This document shows positions 1-10,874 of a stretch of 64,000 nt of DNA, in pieces (within the stretch, counting starts at the first letter, position 1; each line of letters opens with the position of its first letter). The position numbers and the translations under genes are program-made. The notes beneath the pieces were generated by a model, which saw only the letters and a program-made list of their open reading frames with translations, did not search any database and had not been told where the DNA came from. Source of the stretch: Armatimonadota bacterium (GTDB lineage Bacteria > Armatimonadota > SYMT01); assembly GCA_041690135.1 (NCBI GenBank), contig JAWLHY010000002.1, forward strand, positions 752,342 through 816,341, given 5' to 3'.

Positions 1-41
1 CGCTGGTAACCTGCCTGCTTCGCGGCCCAAATCCGTGTAGT

Positions 42-362
42 TCATGACCTGAACTCCTGTCCGACATCCGGATGGAAGAGCTCCAGGTGCCCGCACCGGG
101 GGCAAACATACATCTCAGTGCGGACCTCGGATGCGAAGACACCGTCTCGAAGTTCCAGGTTGCTGCGCTGCAGGCGCTGCGAGCCTTCAAAGCGGAGGGG
201 AACGGAGCATCGCAGGCAGCAGAGCTCAGCCACTTCATTCCCGGTGGAGGCGAACTCGGCACTTAGCGGAACGCCGTCCAGTGACGTTCCACACAAGCGG
301 CAGTGGAGCCGGTCCGGCGAGTTGTCCACCTGGCACGAAGGGCAAAAAAGGTAAGCTTCCAT
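42..362 (-). CDS. Small zinc-ribbon protein (CxxC pairs)
   Basis: 106-aa ORF with four CxxC motifs (CPSC, CRLC, CLRC, CPRC). Confidence 0.6.
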   Translation of the reverse strand: MEAYLFCPSCQVDNSPDRLHCRLCGTSLDGVPLSAEFASTGNEVAELCCLRCSVPLRFEGSQRLQRSNLELRDGVFASEVRTEMYVCPRCGHLELFHPDVGQEFRS

Positions 363-659
363 CAGAAGGTAGTTCGCAAATCAGGTGTTGGGTTCCCCGC
401 GGACTGGGGAGACATCTGCTTCGCGGGTTCCCATTCGTAGTCGTGGGGTGCCAGAACCACCTTCCACACTGCACGGCCGGTGCAAGACCACAGGCAGGCG
501 GGGACAGCTTGCGCGTAGGGGAGCCTCCAGCCTACTTCTACAGGTGCAATGACGGAGCCCATGCAGCTCACCACGTGCCCCATTACCGCCGTGCAATGCC
601 GGCGTGGCCAATCGAAACTTATGTTGCAAGTCATCCGTTGACGCCACCGCCACCCTTCT

Positions 660-875
660 TCAATAGTTCCGGTTGTGGCATTTATCGAGTCTTTCCCGGA
701 GGAGCACCTGGAACTCCTCTTCTGGCAGGTCCGGGAACCGTTGGCGGAGGCCCTCCGCGAAGGCCTGGCGTGCCATCGCGGAAAGCTCAAAGGCCTTGAG
801 GAGGCGCTCTTCCGGAGTCATCCGGCGGAGGATTTCCAGGTAGAGTCTCCGGTTGGGGCGGGGCTTGGGGTCCAT
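660..875 (-). CDS. Small helical hypothetical protein (antitoxin-like partner of nucleotidyltransferases)
   Basis: LRRMTPEERL..A.EL...AR......GLR.RFP pattern typical of small proteins encoded upstream of predicted nucleotidyltransferases. Confidence 0.65.
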   Translation of the reverse strand: MDPKPRPNRRLYLEILRRMTPEERLLKAFELSAMARQAFAEGLRQRFPDLPEEEFQVLLRERLDKCHNRNY

Positions 876-915
876 GCTTCAATCCTACCAAAGTCCGCCA
901 ACCTCCCGCACGCGG

Positions 916-1359
916 TTACTCCTTGGCTTCCTTCTCCAGCACGAGCTTCCAGACCCCGTCCACCTTCTTCCAGGTCTGCGCGGTGAAGGACGGCTTCGAA
1001 AGCTTCCCGGAAGGGGTTTGGACCAGGCGGCTCTCGACGGTGTTCGCCGTGTCGCCTTCGATCTTGATCCGGGTGAGGGTGGCCGAATCCTTGCCGGGCT
1101 TGGGGAGGAACTTGAAGGCTTCTTCCAGCCCCTTCAGCCATTCTGCCAGCGGGATCTCCCGGTTAGGACCCTCCACGAACTTGTAGTCCGGCGCGTAGAA
1201 GGCCCGGAGCGCTTTCATGTCCCGCTGGTTGTAGGCCGTAAACAGCGCCTGGTGACGGACTTTCAAGTCCTGTTCCGGAGTAGCGGCGGAGACTCCCGCA
1301 GCCAGTCCGCAGGCGGGAAGCAGGGCCAGGGAAAGGAACCAGCGACGGCTGTGAAGCAT
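916..1359 (-). CDS. Secreted NTF2-like (SnoaL/DUF4440) protein
   Basis: Signal peptide from MLHSRR; A.N..D..AL..FYAPDY and W.KVDG.WKL motifs; GGAG upstream. Confidence 0.75.
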   Translation of the reverse strand: MLHSRRWFLSLALLPACGLAAGVSAATPEQDLKVRHQALFTAYNQRDMKALRAFYAPDYKFVEGPNREIPLAEWLKGLEEAFKFLPKPGKDSATLTRIKIEGDTANTVESRLVQTPSGKLSKPSFTAQTWKKVDGVWKLVLEKEAKE

Positions 1360-1678
1360 GGGGAATTCTCCTGGTGAAGAAGTGAACGGCAGCGGTCGGT
1401 GCATGGGACGGCACGGAGGTGCTGCAAAGGCAACAGGTGCTACGCGGGTGGCGCAGGGATGGGTTCCGATACGCCGACTGTCAGGCATCCATACTAATCT
1501 GCATCGGGGTAGATTGCTTCCTTCCCTTTCTTCAGCGGCGCCGAATGCCACCAGGAATGGAAACGGCTGTTTGATAAATGCTGTGCCAGACGGCGTGGTT
1601 GGCTGCTAACATAGAGGGGCGGCACCGCGGACAGTAGGCGGTACTGCGCCAGGGGCCGGAGAGATAGGGTTAGCTCTT

Positions 1679-2086
1679 ATGAAAATCACAGTCGAGACCC
1701 AGGTGGCTGCACCGATCGAGGAAGTCTGGCGTGCGTGGACGACGCCGGAAGACATCAAGCAATGGAATGCCGCGTCGGACGATTGGCACACGACCGCGGC
1801 CACAGTGGATCTGCGGGAAGGCGGCGAGTTCTCGTCGCGCATGGAAGCCAAAGACGGGAGCGCGGGCTTTGACTTCGCCGGGACCTACACCCGCGTGGTC
1901 CCTCATGAATTGATCGAGTTCGCTTTCGGAGATCGCGCCGCCAGGGTCGAGTTCCTTCAGGCGGACGGAGGGGTCCTCGTCCGAGAGACGTTCGACGCGG
2001 AGACGACCTACACCCCGGAGCAGCAGCAAGCCGGCTGGCAGGCGATCCTGGACAATTTTGCCCGCCATGTCGAGGCACGCGGGTAA
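1679..2086 (+). CDS. SRPBCC/AHSA1-family protein
   Basis: APIEEVWRAWTTPEDIKQW...DLREGG.F..RMEAKDGS.GFDF...QQ.GWQAIL. Confidence 0.92.
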   Translation: MKITVETQVAAPIEEVWRAWTTPEDIKQWNAASDDWHTTAATVDLREGGEFSSRMEAKDGSAGFDFAGTYTRVVPHELIEFAFGDRAARVEFLQADGGVLVRETFDAETTYTPEQQQAGWQAILDNFARHVEARG

Positions 2087-2107
2087 CCTGTCGCCGCGGA
2101 GGAAGCC

Positions 2108-2719
2108 ATGAGTACGACCTATACCGGCCCGGACGGCCTGGAACGCTGCCATTGGTGCTCCACGGCCCCGGAGTTCCCGAGCTATCACGATACGGAATGG
2201 GGTTTCCCCGTTACCGACGATTTCCGGCTGTTCGAGAAGTTGAGCCTGGAGGGGTTCCAGTCCGGGCTGAGCTGGAGAACCATCCTCGTCAAGCGCGAAG
2301 GCTTCCGGCGCGCGTTTTGCGATTTCGACTACCACCGGGTTGCCGCGTTCACCGCGGAAGATGTGGACCGCCTGGTGCAGGACAGCGGCATCGTCCGGCA
2401 TCGCGGCAAGATCGAAGCCGTTATCAACAACGCGCAGCGCGCGGTGGAACTGGCCGGCCGCGAGGGGTCCCTGGCGGCCTACGTGTGGCAATTCGAACCG
2501 GACTCGGCACAACTGGCCGAACCCCAGACGGTTTCCACCTCCGCGGAGTCGGTCGCGCTGTCCAAAGCCCTCAAGAAGCATGGGTGGAAGTTCGTAGGCC
2601 CCACCACCGTCTACGCTTTCATGCAGGCGATGGGGCTGGTCAATGACCATGTGGAAGGCTGCGTGATCCGCGCCCGTGTCGAGAGTGCAAGGAAGGCCTT
2701 CGACGTTCCCCGGAAATAG
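2108..2719 (+). CDS. tag: DNA-3-methyladenine glycosylase I
   Basis: RC.W, YHDTEWG, LFEKLSLEGFQSGLSW, FVGPTTVYAFMQAMGLVNDH...C. Confidence 0.95.
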   Translation: MSTTYTGPDGLERCHWCSTAPEFPSYHDTEWGFPVTDDFRLFEKLSLEGFQSGLSWRTILVKREGFRRAFCDFDYHRVAAFTAEDVDRLVQDSGIVRHRGKIEAVINNAQRAVELAGREGSLAAYVWQFEPDSAQLAEPQTVSTSAESVALSKALKKHGWKFVGPTTVYAFMQAMGLVNDHVEGCVIRARVESARKAFDVPRK

Positions 2720-2984
2720 CCCGGGGACAGCCCCGCGGGCGGAAGGGGAGAGGCTGGTTCCGACCGCCTTTCCCCTCGCTTGCCCAGTATCGGCCCCGGG
2801 GAAGAACCGCAGCGCGATGCAAGGTGGGCGTGAGCATCCCGCACCAACCAGCGGGTCCGCCGAAGCCGTTGGAGCAGGCCTCCGCGGAAGCACACCCGAA
2901 TGCCAGGGCTGCCGCGCGATGCTTGGCGTGGCAGCCCTGACATCATCCCTCAAAGCAAAGTTCCGCATTCGGAAGGCGTCACTC

Positions 2985-4403
2985 TCAACCATCGAGTGGC
3001 TGCGGTAGAGCCACCGGCGGCGTCCCGCGCCCGCTTCCTCCCGGCTGCGTGGGGTGAGAGGGGTCCGGTACCCCTTCCAGCCCGGCCTCCGGCAACCCGG
3101 TTCGCACCTTCGCCCGGACCCGGTTCTTCGCCTGCCCCTTCTTCTTCAATGCCCACATCCAGATGCCGGTAGTAAATAGACTGAGCGGCATGAGGCCCGT
3201 CAAGCTATAGAGCGTCTTCGACCAGACCCCCGCATACCAGCCATAGTGCAAATGGAACACGGCGCCCATGACCGTCGTGCCGGGGGAAAGCGGTCGCCCG
3301 AATGCCGCTTCGCCACTGGTCTTGAGCCGCTCTCCAGTATAGGGGTCGAACGGTACGCCTCCGTTGGTGATCCGGACGAACTCGTAGGTGGCCATATAGG
3401 GTTGACCGGGGCGACGGGGAGCGCGAATGGAGACGAGGGGGTTGTGGGGCAAAGCTGCCCGGGCTTTCTCCACGATGACGTCGATGGGCAACGGTCCGCC
3501 GCGGCCGTCAACTTCCGGCGCGGTGCTCTCTTGAGTGCTCGCCCCACCTGCCCGCGCCAGCGTACTGCCCGTTGCGCCGCTACTCTGTTCCGGCCCTCCG
3601 TTTCGACGCCCCAGGACGGGAGCACCTTCTCTCCCTCGTTCTGCCCCGCCCCGGCGGGGCTGGGGCTCGTCTTTAACCCCCGCGAGACGGTTGATTCCCC
3701 GGCGGATGCTCTGATCCGTCTGGCCGTTGTAGCAGATGATCACCCCGGTCAACGCCAGGGTGAAGAGAATGACGAACAGGTAAACGCCCGACACATTATG
3801 CAGGTCGTGGAGCGTGCGTTTGAGGGAAGCCCCGCGCTTGAGCACGATGCGCGTCTTGAACTGCTGAAGGTTCGAGGGCCACCACAACCACGCCCCGGAG
3901 ATCAGCATGAAGAGCGCGAAGAACGTAAAGAACCCGTTGGCGATAGTTCCCTTGACTCCCGCGAGGAGGTTGTGGTGAATCTGCTCGTTGATGTCGATCC
4001 AGAGTGTGCTCTTCACGACCGGAGGATACACTTTAGCCGTGTCGGGATGGACCAGGTAAACATGCGCTATCCGCTTACCGTTCACCTCACCGCGCGCACT
4101 GTGCAGGTAGTAACCCGTCCGGGACACCGGCAATGTGATGCCGCGCTCCGGCTTCAATTCCGGATTGAACGCTTTCAAAGCGGCGATGGCCCGGGATACC
4201 GGAATCTTCTGCGCGCCTGGATCGGGAGTGGGCGCGGAAACGCGTTGACGGACCTCCCATTCGGTGATTTCCGCTCGCCAGGAGAGAAGACTGCCGGTCA
4301 ATCCCATCAGGACCAACCACAGTCCCAGGAGTAGACCCGTCCAGAGATGGATCAAGTAGAAGACCTTACGAGACTTCTGCGAAAGCTTCTTCGGCGGCTT
4401 CAT
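2985..4403 (-). CDS. PepSY-associated TM helix domain protein (iron-regulated membrane protein family)
   Basis: HLWTGL...GLTGS, H..L, SG.WLWWP, DLHNVSG, LHYG.Y.G...K.LY motifs. Confidence 0.9.
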   Translation of the reverse strand: MKPPKKLSQKSRKVFYLIHLWTGLLLGLWLVLMGLTGSLLSWRAEITEWEVRQRVSAPTPDPGAQKIPVSRAIAALKAFNPELKPERGITLPVSRTGYYLHSARGEVNGKRIAHVYLVHPDTAKVYPPVVKSTLWIDINEQIHHNLLAGVKGTIANGFFTFFALFMLISGAWLWWPSNLQQFKTRIVLKRGASLKRTLHDLHNVSGVYLFVILFTLALTGVIICYNGQTDQSIRRGINRLAGVKDEPQPRRGGAERGREGAPVLGRRNGGPEQSSGATGSTLARAGGASTQESTAPEVDGRGGPLPIDVIVEKARAALPHNPLVSIRAPRRPGQPYMATYEFVRITNGGVPFDPYTGERLKTSGEAAFGRPLSPGTTVMGAVFHLHYGWYAGVWSKTLYSLTGLMPLSLFTTGIWMWALKKKGQAKNRVRAKVRTGLPEAGLEGVPDPSHPTQPGGSGRGTPPVALPQPLDG

Positions 4404-4426
4404 GCGCTTGCGTGTCTCTTCCGTGC

Positions 4427-5212
4427 CTAGGGCGCGCCCGTGCCGTTCCAGAGTTCGTCGGAAGTGGGGTTGCCCGGGTTACCCGTTACGTTGCCGCGAA
4501 TCTGGCCGCGGGCGTTGCTGCTCAGCACGTCCATCTTCATGGCCTTCACATGGCCATCAACGAACGAGACGTTGGCCGTCTGCATGTGGCGGAAGTGGAT
4601 GGCCCCCAGGTTGGTGCCCAGGCTGGGAGGATACATCCAGGGCCACCGCTGCACATAGGTCGGCCCGCTCATCACCGATTCGCCAAAGAGGACGGTGTTG
4701 GCGGGGGCAGCGATCACCGCGAGATTGGCCGGACCCTGGGTCATGCGGCTGTGGTTGGGGCTGTTCGTGAAACGGCTGCTGGCGTATCCGGGGCCGGCGC
4801 CTCCCACGTAGGCCATGTTGTAGCCGTAATCGGTCATCCCATAGTCGGCCTGCGTGCTGCTGAAGGACTTGCAGCCTGTGAAGTGAGCGTTCTTCATGTA
4901 AGGCCACATCGGCGAAGCGGTGTAATCAAAGCTGCCGCCGTAGGATCCCGAGCCGTGGTAGAAGTGGTAGACCGTCCCGGCTCCGGACCCCGACTGCCAG
5001 TACGTAGGCACCGCCTGTTCGTCGTGATCCTGGGTGTACATCATCCATGCCAGCGAGAGTTGCTTCAGGTTGCTCTGGCAGGTGGCGCGCCGGGCGGCAT
5101 CGCGGGCCTGCGCGAAGACCGGAAACAGGATGGCGGCGAGGATGGCGATGATGGCTATGACGACGAGGAGCTCGATGAGCGTAAAGCCGGTTCTGCGGCG
5201 TAGGCGCAACAT
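4427..5212 (-). CDS. DUF1559 prepilin-type N-terminal cleavage/methylation protein with H-X9-DG motif
   Basis: [31 protein letters not shown]...CQSNLKQ; C-terminal [16 protein letters not shown]. Confidence 0.93.
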   Translation of the reverse strand: MLRLRRRTGFTLIELLVVIAIIAILAAILFPVFAQARDAARRATCQSNLKQLSLAWMMYTQDHDEQAVPTYWQSGSGAGTVYHFYHGSGSYGGSFDYTASPMWPYMKNAHFTGCKSFSSTQADYGMTDYGYNMAYVGGAGPGYASSRFTNSPNHSRMTQGPANLAVIAAPANTVLFGESVMSGPTYVQRWPWMYPPSLGTNLGAIHFRHMQTANVSFVDGHVKAMKMDVLSSNARGQIRGNVTGNPGNPTSDELWNGTGAP

Positions 5213-5347
5213 GGGGGGTCCTTTGATCCAGGCGAAAACGTGAAGTGCTGATGGCGGGAAGGGACGGCGTTCGGTGGCGGCGGAGACGGCATTTCTCCGG
5301 CCTCTGCCTGCCGGCATCGCGTGCGCGTCACTGCGGAAGCTCGCGCA

Positions 5348-6070
5348 CTACCCGCCCCCGGCGAACTCGAACATGAGGGAAAGGTAGGTCTCGGTGAACT
5401 GGCCTTCCTTGCCCTGGAAGCGGACGGGCTTCGCGTCCCGCGCCATGATGCGGAGATGCTGCCAGCCCTTGCTCAGCGGGATCTCCAGGCGTCCCTCCGC
5501 AGAGGTCTTCAGCTTCTCCTCATTCGAAGAGCCCACCCGCGTCACTTCCGCCTGGACGGGCTTCCCATCCAGGGTCACCTGAAGGGTCAGCTTCCCGCCT
5601 GCCGTGGGCGACAGGGTCGCCGCCAGTGGGAGACCCGTTTCCACGCGGCTCCATCGTCCCAACTCGACCGCGGAAAGCGGTTTGCCCTCGCCGCGGATCA
5701 ACTGCCCCTGGTAGCGGAGCAAGAAGGCAGGGTTGCCGGGCTGCGCCAGCACGCCGTAGTCCAGGAGCGCGGTCGCCACCGGCGCGTTGCCGAGGCCCGC
5801 GAAGAGGTAGTGATCTCCCTGCTTGGACTGCTTCAACTCGCGTCGCCGACCGGCTCCCAGGGCATGGGCGCGCACCCGCTCGATCTTTTCCAGCAGCGGC
5901 GAACCCTCTCGAACCTCCGGGTATTCGCCAAAGCAGACTTTTACCGCGTCGGAGTTGGGCGCCGACTCCACCCACACGAAGTGAGCGGAAGCGGCGCTCT
6001 GGAAGAGGGCGCACCCCGCAAGGGTGAGGAGGGCGGTGCCCAGGCGTCGATCGAGAGCGAGTCGCATCAT
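5348..6070 (-). CDS. Secreted DUF4198-like putative metal-binding protein
   Basis: Signal peptide ending ASA-H, then HFVWVE...FGEY.E, typical of N-terminal His metal-binding DUF4198-like proteins. Confidence 0.7.
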   Translation of the reverse strand: MMRLALDRRLGTALLTLAGCALFQSAASAHFVWVESAPNSDAVKVCFGEYPEVREGSPLLEKIERVRAHALGAGRRRELKQSKQGDHYLFAGLGNAPVATALLDYGVLAQPGNPAFLLRYQGQLIRGEGKPLSAVELGRWSRVETGLPLAATLSPTAGGKLTLQVTLDGKPVQAEVTRVGSSNEEKLKTSAEGRLEIPLSKGWQHLRIMARDAKPVRFQGKEGQFTETYLSLMFEFAGGG

Positions 6071-6351
6071 GCTTGTCCTGTTGCTGTTCGTTGCCTGACG
6101 AGCTGCGGGCGTCCGACGTGGGGCCCGGCTGACCCGTGCAAAAGAGATGACCTGTGTGAGGTTGGCCCAAAGACCGCGGAGTTGTTGCCCCAGGCGCTGC
6201 CCATCACGGGGTGGTGGATGGACGTCCGGCGCCCAGCCGGGTCGCGGGAGGAGAGCCCCGGCTATCTGCAAGAGCAAGTGGAGCTTTCACCGTCCCTACC
6301 ACAAGCGGTATAGCTCAGGGTGAGATCGGAAGCAGGTTGAGCTAGTGTTGG

Positions 6352-6370
6352 AAATTAGCTAAGCCTAAAT
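6352..6370. promoter_or_regulatory. DtxR/MntR-family operator-like palindrome
   Basis: AAATTAGCTAAGCCTAAAT: TTAG-N6-CTAA, 11/14 match to TTAGGTTAACCTAA; AT-rich patch upstream of the putative metal-uptake operon. Confidence 0.55.
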
Positions 6371-6740
6371 CCGAGACTTAAACTGAAGCCAAATCATCGG
6401 CCGGTGGGGCTAATTGGGCGCAGGAGGTAATGCGAGTGGCAGGTTGAAGCTTACCCTCTCCGGCCGGAACCGGAGGTTGTTGGGCCTCCGACGTGATGAC
6501 AACCGTCAGCCCACACTCGGCGAGACGAGGTGTGCCCCGCAAGAGCGAGGGGAAGGGAAGGCAGGTCTGTGCCTACCGGAATGGCTGGAGCAAATCGGGC
6601 TGCTCCTTGCGGTGGTGGATGCGCGGAAATTACACCCGGACGTTGTCCTCCCCGGAAGTGAAGCGTGGGGAAGAATCCGGCCGATCTCCGCCCCCGCTAC
6701 CGCACCGGACGCCGTGCCGGTGCGGTAGCGGGAGCCGGGA

Positions 6741-8024
6741 TCACTTTCCTGCGTTGGTGCGGCGCAGGTCCTTCTTGCATGACGCATCCGGAGGGACCGG
6801 TTGGCCGGTCTGCTCCACCGGGTGCGTGAAGAGGTAGCGCCACACCGCCTCGTGAATGAACTTCCCGCCGGCGTCCTTGACCGCGGCGCCTCCGGGGACC
6901 ACCGAGCTATGCGCGCGGCGGGCGTCGCCTTTCACGTCCGCCGCGGTGATGAGGCGGCGGACGTGGCCGTAAGGCGCCGGCGTTTTATCCACGTCCACGA
7001 TGGGGCCGAACTGGTGGAGCCCCAACAGCTCCCAGGAGCGGCAGTAATGGTCCCCGGTCCAACCGCCGTCCAGCACGTGGCTGAACCCGAAGAAGCGGTT
7101 GGGTGGGGTGGCGGAGGGCAGCGCCTGCCACGTCTCATACTGGTCGCGCGGACCGCAGAACATCACCACACGGTCTACCCGCTGGTGCTTCGCGAAGCGG
7201 GAGGCCGTGGTGGAACCGTGGGAGCTTCCCGCCATGATCACCCGGTCCCACCGGAGCCCCTTCCGGTCCTCGCTGAGGAAGTAATCCCAGCGCCCCTGCG
7301 GGTTCTCCTTCGCCAGCCACTGGACCAACTGGAACGCGCGCTCCATGATGCCGTCCGGTTTCGGGATCTCCACCACGTCGCTGAAGTTCTCACCGGTCGC
7401 CGCTTCCAGGCGGATCTTGCCCAGGAACTTGTCGTCCGCGGGAGGCGGCTCCTTCCCGAACTTGCTGAACCAGCCGTTGGCGTAGGAGACCTGGATGGCG
7501 TGGAGCCCGTAGCTGTTCACCCGCTCGAAGAGCGGTCCGCTGTAGCCCATCAGCCAGATGACCAGCTTCCCCTGCGGGGGGACGCGCGTGTCTACCGAAG
7601 CGCGCTCCGTGTCTGCGGGCTTCCCGTCCCGCTCGAAGACGAAATTGATCTCCGGGTGTGGCCGGGTGCGCGGGTCGAGCTGGCTGGCGCGGGCCGTGAA
7701 CTCGTACCTGCGGGCCGCCGGATCGTTGAACGCCAGGGGCGGATCCGCGGCCCGGCCCCGCGCGGGGAGCAGCCCCAACGCGAGGACCAACGTCCCCGCA
7801 GCGCCCAAAAAGAACCGCGGGAAAGGGGAGCCAGTAGTGCCCGCGGAACACCGCCCAAGGGCACCCGAAGGACGCGGAAGAGGTCGAGCGAAGTCGGACT
7901 CTCGCGGAGGCTCCTGGAGAGGTAAAACCTCTGTGGCGCTGTTTGGAGTTGACGCGGTACTTCCCCGCGGAGACCGTCTCCCGGTTTCAGTTGTTTGCTG
8001 GGTCCTCTCGTCCGGCATTCTCAT
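6741..8024 (-). CDS. Secreted alpha/beta-hydrolase-like protein (BPSS1187-like); start uncertain
   Basis: Hydrophobic signal-like segment; GSSHG nucleophile-elbow-like motif; H..D and AHSS motifs. Confidence 0.7.
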   Translation of the reverse strand: MRMPDERTQQTTETGRRSPRGSTASTPNSATEVLPLQEPPRESDFARPLPRPSGALGRCSAGTTGSPFPRFFLGAAGTLVLALGLLPARGRAADPPLAFNDPAARRYEFTARASQLDPRTRPHPEINFVFERDGKPADTERASVDTRVPPQGKLVIWLMGYSGPLFERVNSYGLHAIQVSYANGWFSKFGKEPPPADDKFLGKIRLEAATGENFSDVVEIPKPDGIMERAFQLVQWLAKENPQGRWDYFLSEDRKGLRWDRVIMAGSSHGSTTASRFAKHQRVDRVVMFCGPRDQYETWQALPSATPPNRFFGFSHVLDGGWTGDHYCRSWELLGLHQFGPIVDVDKTPAPYGHVRRLITAADVKGDARRAHSSVVPGGAAVKDAGGKFIHEAVWRYLFTHPVEQTGQPVPPDASCKKDLRRTNAGK

Positions 8025-8297
8025 CCTTCTCCCGCCCTGGGTGGCGTTAACGGCAGCAGGAAGATCTTTCCGGGGGGGCCGGACGCATTCCTCCCCCAGC
8101 ACGGGGCGGCCCCAGGGTGGCGCTGGCCGATCCCGTTCGTGAGAAGGAGGTGGGTCGCCGCCCCGGACGGATGCTTGTAAAGCGCGGTTTGCCGGGCCGG
8201 CAGACCTACAGACTGGGGCGAGAGGGAGGTGGTAGAGGGCCGCCGGCCGCTGGGAGAGCCATCCGGCTCCCCCAGTGGCGGAAGTTGAACGTTATCC

Positions 8298-10466
8298 TCA
8301 GGCAGGCACCTGGTCTTTCGGGCGGCTCCAGAAGCGGTGCTGCGCCAGGGCACTCAGGAGTTCCCGCGCCACATCTCCGACGTCCTCACCCTGCGAAATG
8401 CCGACCGCATCCTTCACCTTGTCCACCACCGAGGTGTTGACGTGGCCCGCGGTGATCACCCCCTGATCCACCACGAGCTTCCCGTCCGTCGCCACGGAGA
8501 CGCCCGGCAGACCGGAGAGGAGCGTCACGCCTTCCCCCGTGGCGACCAGCGGTTTCCCGTGCTTGTAGGCCTCGCGGACGAAGTGCAGGGCATCCCCCTT
8601 CCGGCAGAGGGTCTCCGCGCTCTGCTTGCCGCCCGGCACGTATACGGCGTCGAACAGCACCGAGGCAGTCGTGGAGAAATTCTCGTCCGCCATCAGCTCG
8701 CCCCCGGAGGAAGGCTCGAGCGGGCCGCTCCGCGGGGCCACGACCTTGGCCATCACGTCCTCTGCTTTCAGCGCAGCCTTGATGGCCTCGACCTCCGCCG
8801 CGTTCACGCCGTCTGCCACTAGAATGGCGACCTTGCGGCCCCGCGCGGTACGCGGCGAGTTCTCCATACTCAGCGCCGGCGAGGAGCCGATGCCCGCCTT
8901 TTGGGGACCGGGCCTGGGTGAGGACGAGTGCGCCAGGTAACTCAGATCGCCCGTGAATTGCTTGACGCCGATCTCCGGGCCTGCGCGCTCCGCGATCTCC
9001 GGCGAGACGTTGTAGAAGAGGTCGATCATCCGCTGGCGAATGTGCAGATGTTCGACCTTGCCGAGCTCGAACTTGATGGCTTCGATGATGCGCTCCTTCT
9101 CGGGCGCGCTCATGCTGTTCCAGAAGAGCTCCGCCTGGCTGAAGTGGTCGTCGAAGCTCTCCGGACGAGCCCGGAGCTTCACCCCTTCCTGCGGCTCGGG
9201 GTAGCTGACGAAGCCCCGCGCTTTGTCCTCGTGCGGCCGCCCTTCGTCCAGGGAGTTGGGCTCATAGTTCACCCGCCGCTGGGTCACCGTGTGCCGCATA
9301 AAGCCGTCCTGATTGTTGTTGAACACCGGGCAGCGCGGACGGTTGATCGGCAACTCGGGGAAGTTCGCGCTGTGGAAGCGGTTGAGCTGCGTGTCCAGGT
9401 AGGAGAAGAGACGCGCCTGCAGGAGCGGATCGTTCGTGAAGTCGATGCCTGGAACCAGGTGGCCCGGGTGGAACGCTACCTGCTCCGTCTCCGCGAAGAA
9501 GTTGTCCGGGTTCCGGTTGAGGGTCATCTTCCCCACTCGCCGGACCGGGACCAGTTCCTCGGGTACGATCTTCGTGGCGTCCAGGACATCGAAGTCGAAC
9601 CGGTTGGCCTCCTCCTCCGTGAATAACTGGAAGCCGAGCTCGAACTCCGGGTAGACCCCCATCTCGATGCGCTCCCAGAGATCCTTGCGGTTGAAGTCCG
9701 GGTCCTTCCCCGCGATCTTCTGCGTCTCGTCCCAGACCAGGGATGAGAGCCCTTCCAGCGGCTTCCAATGGATTTTGCACAGGGTGGACTTACCCTGCGC
9801 GTTGATGAGGCGGAAGGTGTGAACCCCGAAGCCTTCCATCTTCGCGTAGCTGCGGGGGAGCGCCCGGTCCGAGAGGACCCACAGCAGCATGTGCGTGATT
9901 TCGGGGGTGAGCGAGGCGAAGTCCCAGAAATTGTCGTGCGCGGCGGAGGCCTGCGGCATCTCGTGGTGCGGCTCCGGCTTGATGGAGTGCACCAGGTCCG
10001 GGAACTTCATCCCGTCCTGGATGAAGAAGACCGGGATGTTGTTGCCGACCAGGTCATAGATTCCCTCGACGGTGTAGAACTTGGTCGCAAACCCGCGGAC
10101 GTCCCGGACCGTATCCGCGGAACCCCGGAACCCGACCACCGTGGAGAAGCGGGTGAACGTCTCCGTTTCCAGTGAGGGGTCCGTAAGGAACTTCGCCTTG
10201 GTGAACTCCTTCATTGAGTCGTCGTAGACGCGGAACACACCGTGAGCTCCAGAACCGCGGGCATGGACCACGCGCTCCGGCATTCGCTCATGGTCGAAGT
10301 GCGTCATCTTCTCCCGGAAGATGAAGTCCTCCATGAGCGTTCCGCCGCGCGGGCCGGCGGTGAGCTGATTCTGATTGTTCGCGACCGGGCAACCCTGATT
10401 GGTCGTCATGAGTTGCTGGTCGCCCTTCTCAAGGGGCTGTTCCGAGTCGTGGACTGGCTCTGCCAT
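8298..10466 (-). CDS. katE: Catalase HPII (large subunit with C-terminal DJ-1/PfpI-like domain)
   Basis: [24 protein letters not shown] heme-ligand motif, C-terminal KVAILVADG domain. Confidence 0.97.
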   Translation of the reverse strand: MAEPVHDSEQPLEKGDQQLMTTNQGCPVANNQNQLTAGPRGGTLMEDFIFREKMTHFDHERMPERVVHARGSGAHGVFRVYDDSMKEFTKAKFLTDPSLETETFTRFSTVVGFRGSADTVRDVRGFATKFYTVEGIYDLVGNNIPVFFIQDGMKFPDLVHSIKPEPHHEMPQASAAHDNFWDFASLTPEITHMLLWVLSDRALPRSYAKMEGFGVHTFRLINAQGKSTLCKIHWKPLEGLSSLVWDETQKIAGKDPDFNRKDLWERIEMGVYPEFELGFQLFTEEEANRFDFDVLDATKIVPEELVPVRRVGKMTLNRNPDNFFAETEQVAFHPGHLVPGIDFTNDPLLQARLFSYLDTQLNRFHSANFPELPINRPRCPVFNNNQDGFMRHTVTQRRVNYEPNSLDEGRPHEDKARGFVSYPEPQEGVKLRARPESFDDHFSQAELFWNSMSAPEKERIIEAIKFELGKVEHLHIRQRMIDLFYNVSPEIAERAGPEIGVKQFTGDLSYLAHSSSPRPGPQKAGIGSSPALSMENSPRTARGRKVAILVADGVNAAEVEAIKAALKAEDVMAKVVAPRSGPLEPSSGGELMADENFSTTASVLFDAVYVPGGKQSAETLCRKGDALHFVREAYKHGKPLVATGEGVTLLSGLPGVSVATDGKLVVDQGVITAGHVNTSVVDKVKDAVGISQGEDVGDVARELLSALAQHRFWSRPKDQVPA

Positions 10467-10874
10467 GGGTCGGTGAATCTCCTGATCGCACAGCCGGAAG
10501 GCGGACCGGTGCCGGCCCGACCGCCTGGCTAAGGCTCGCCGTCTCCTCGTGCCCGGGAGCCAGCGGGGGATCAGAAGGCTGCTCTACGGGAGCCGCCCAC
10601 CGATGCCGCGCGTGCGGGAGCGCCCGTAGCACGAAGATGCTTGGTGTTGTGGCTGATTTTCCCGTCGAACCCGTTCTCTAAACCACGCTCTGTTATATTG
10701 GCAACATCTGCACTGCTGAAGCTGCTGCTCCGAGGCTCCGTCACGACCTGCCGCGGGTGCAGGGCCGTCACAACGAGAACGGCGCAGTGAGGAGTGTTTC
10801 CCTGCGCCGAGAGGGGAGAAGGTGGGGACGAAGGGGTGAGGAATGCCGATGCATCAGGAAGAGCGTCTGCGGCG

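Noticed and set aside
6071-6300. Leader peptide or riboswitch before the metal-uptake operon
   Set aside because: The frame containing HPPP has no good start or CxxC, and no cobalamin or other riboswitch consensus was seen.
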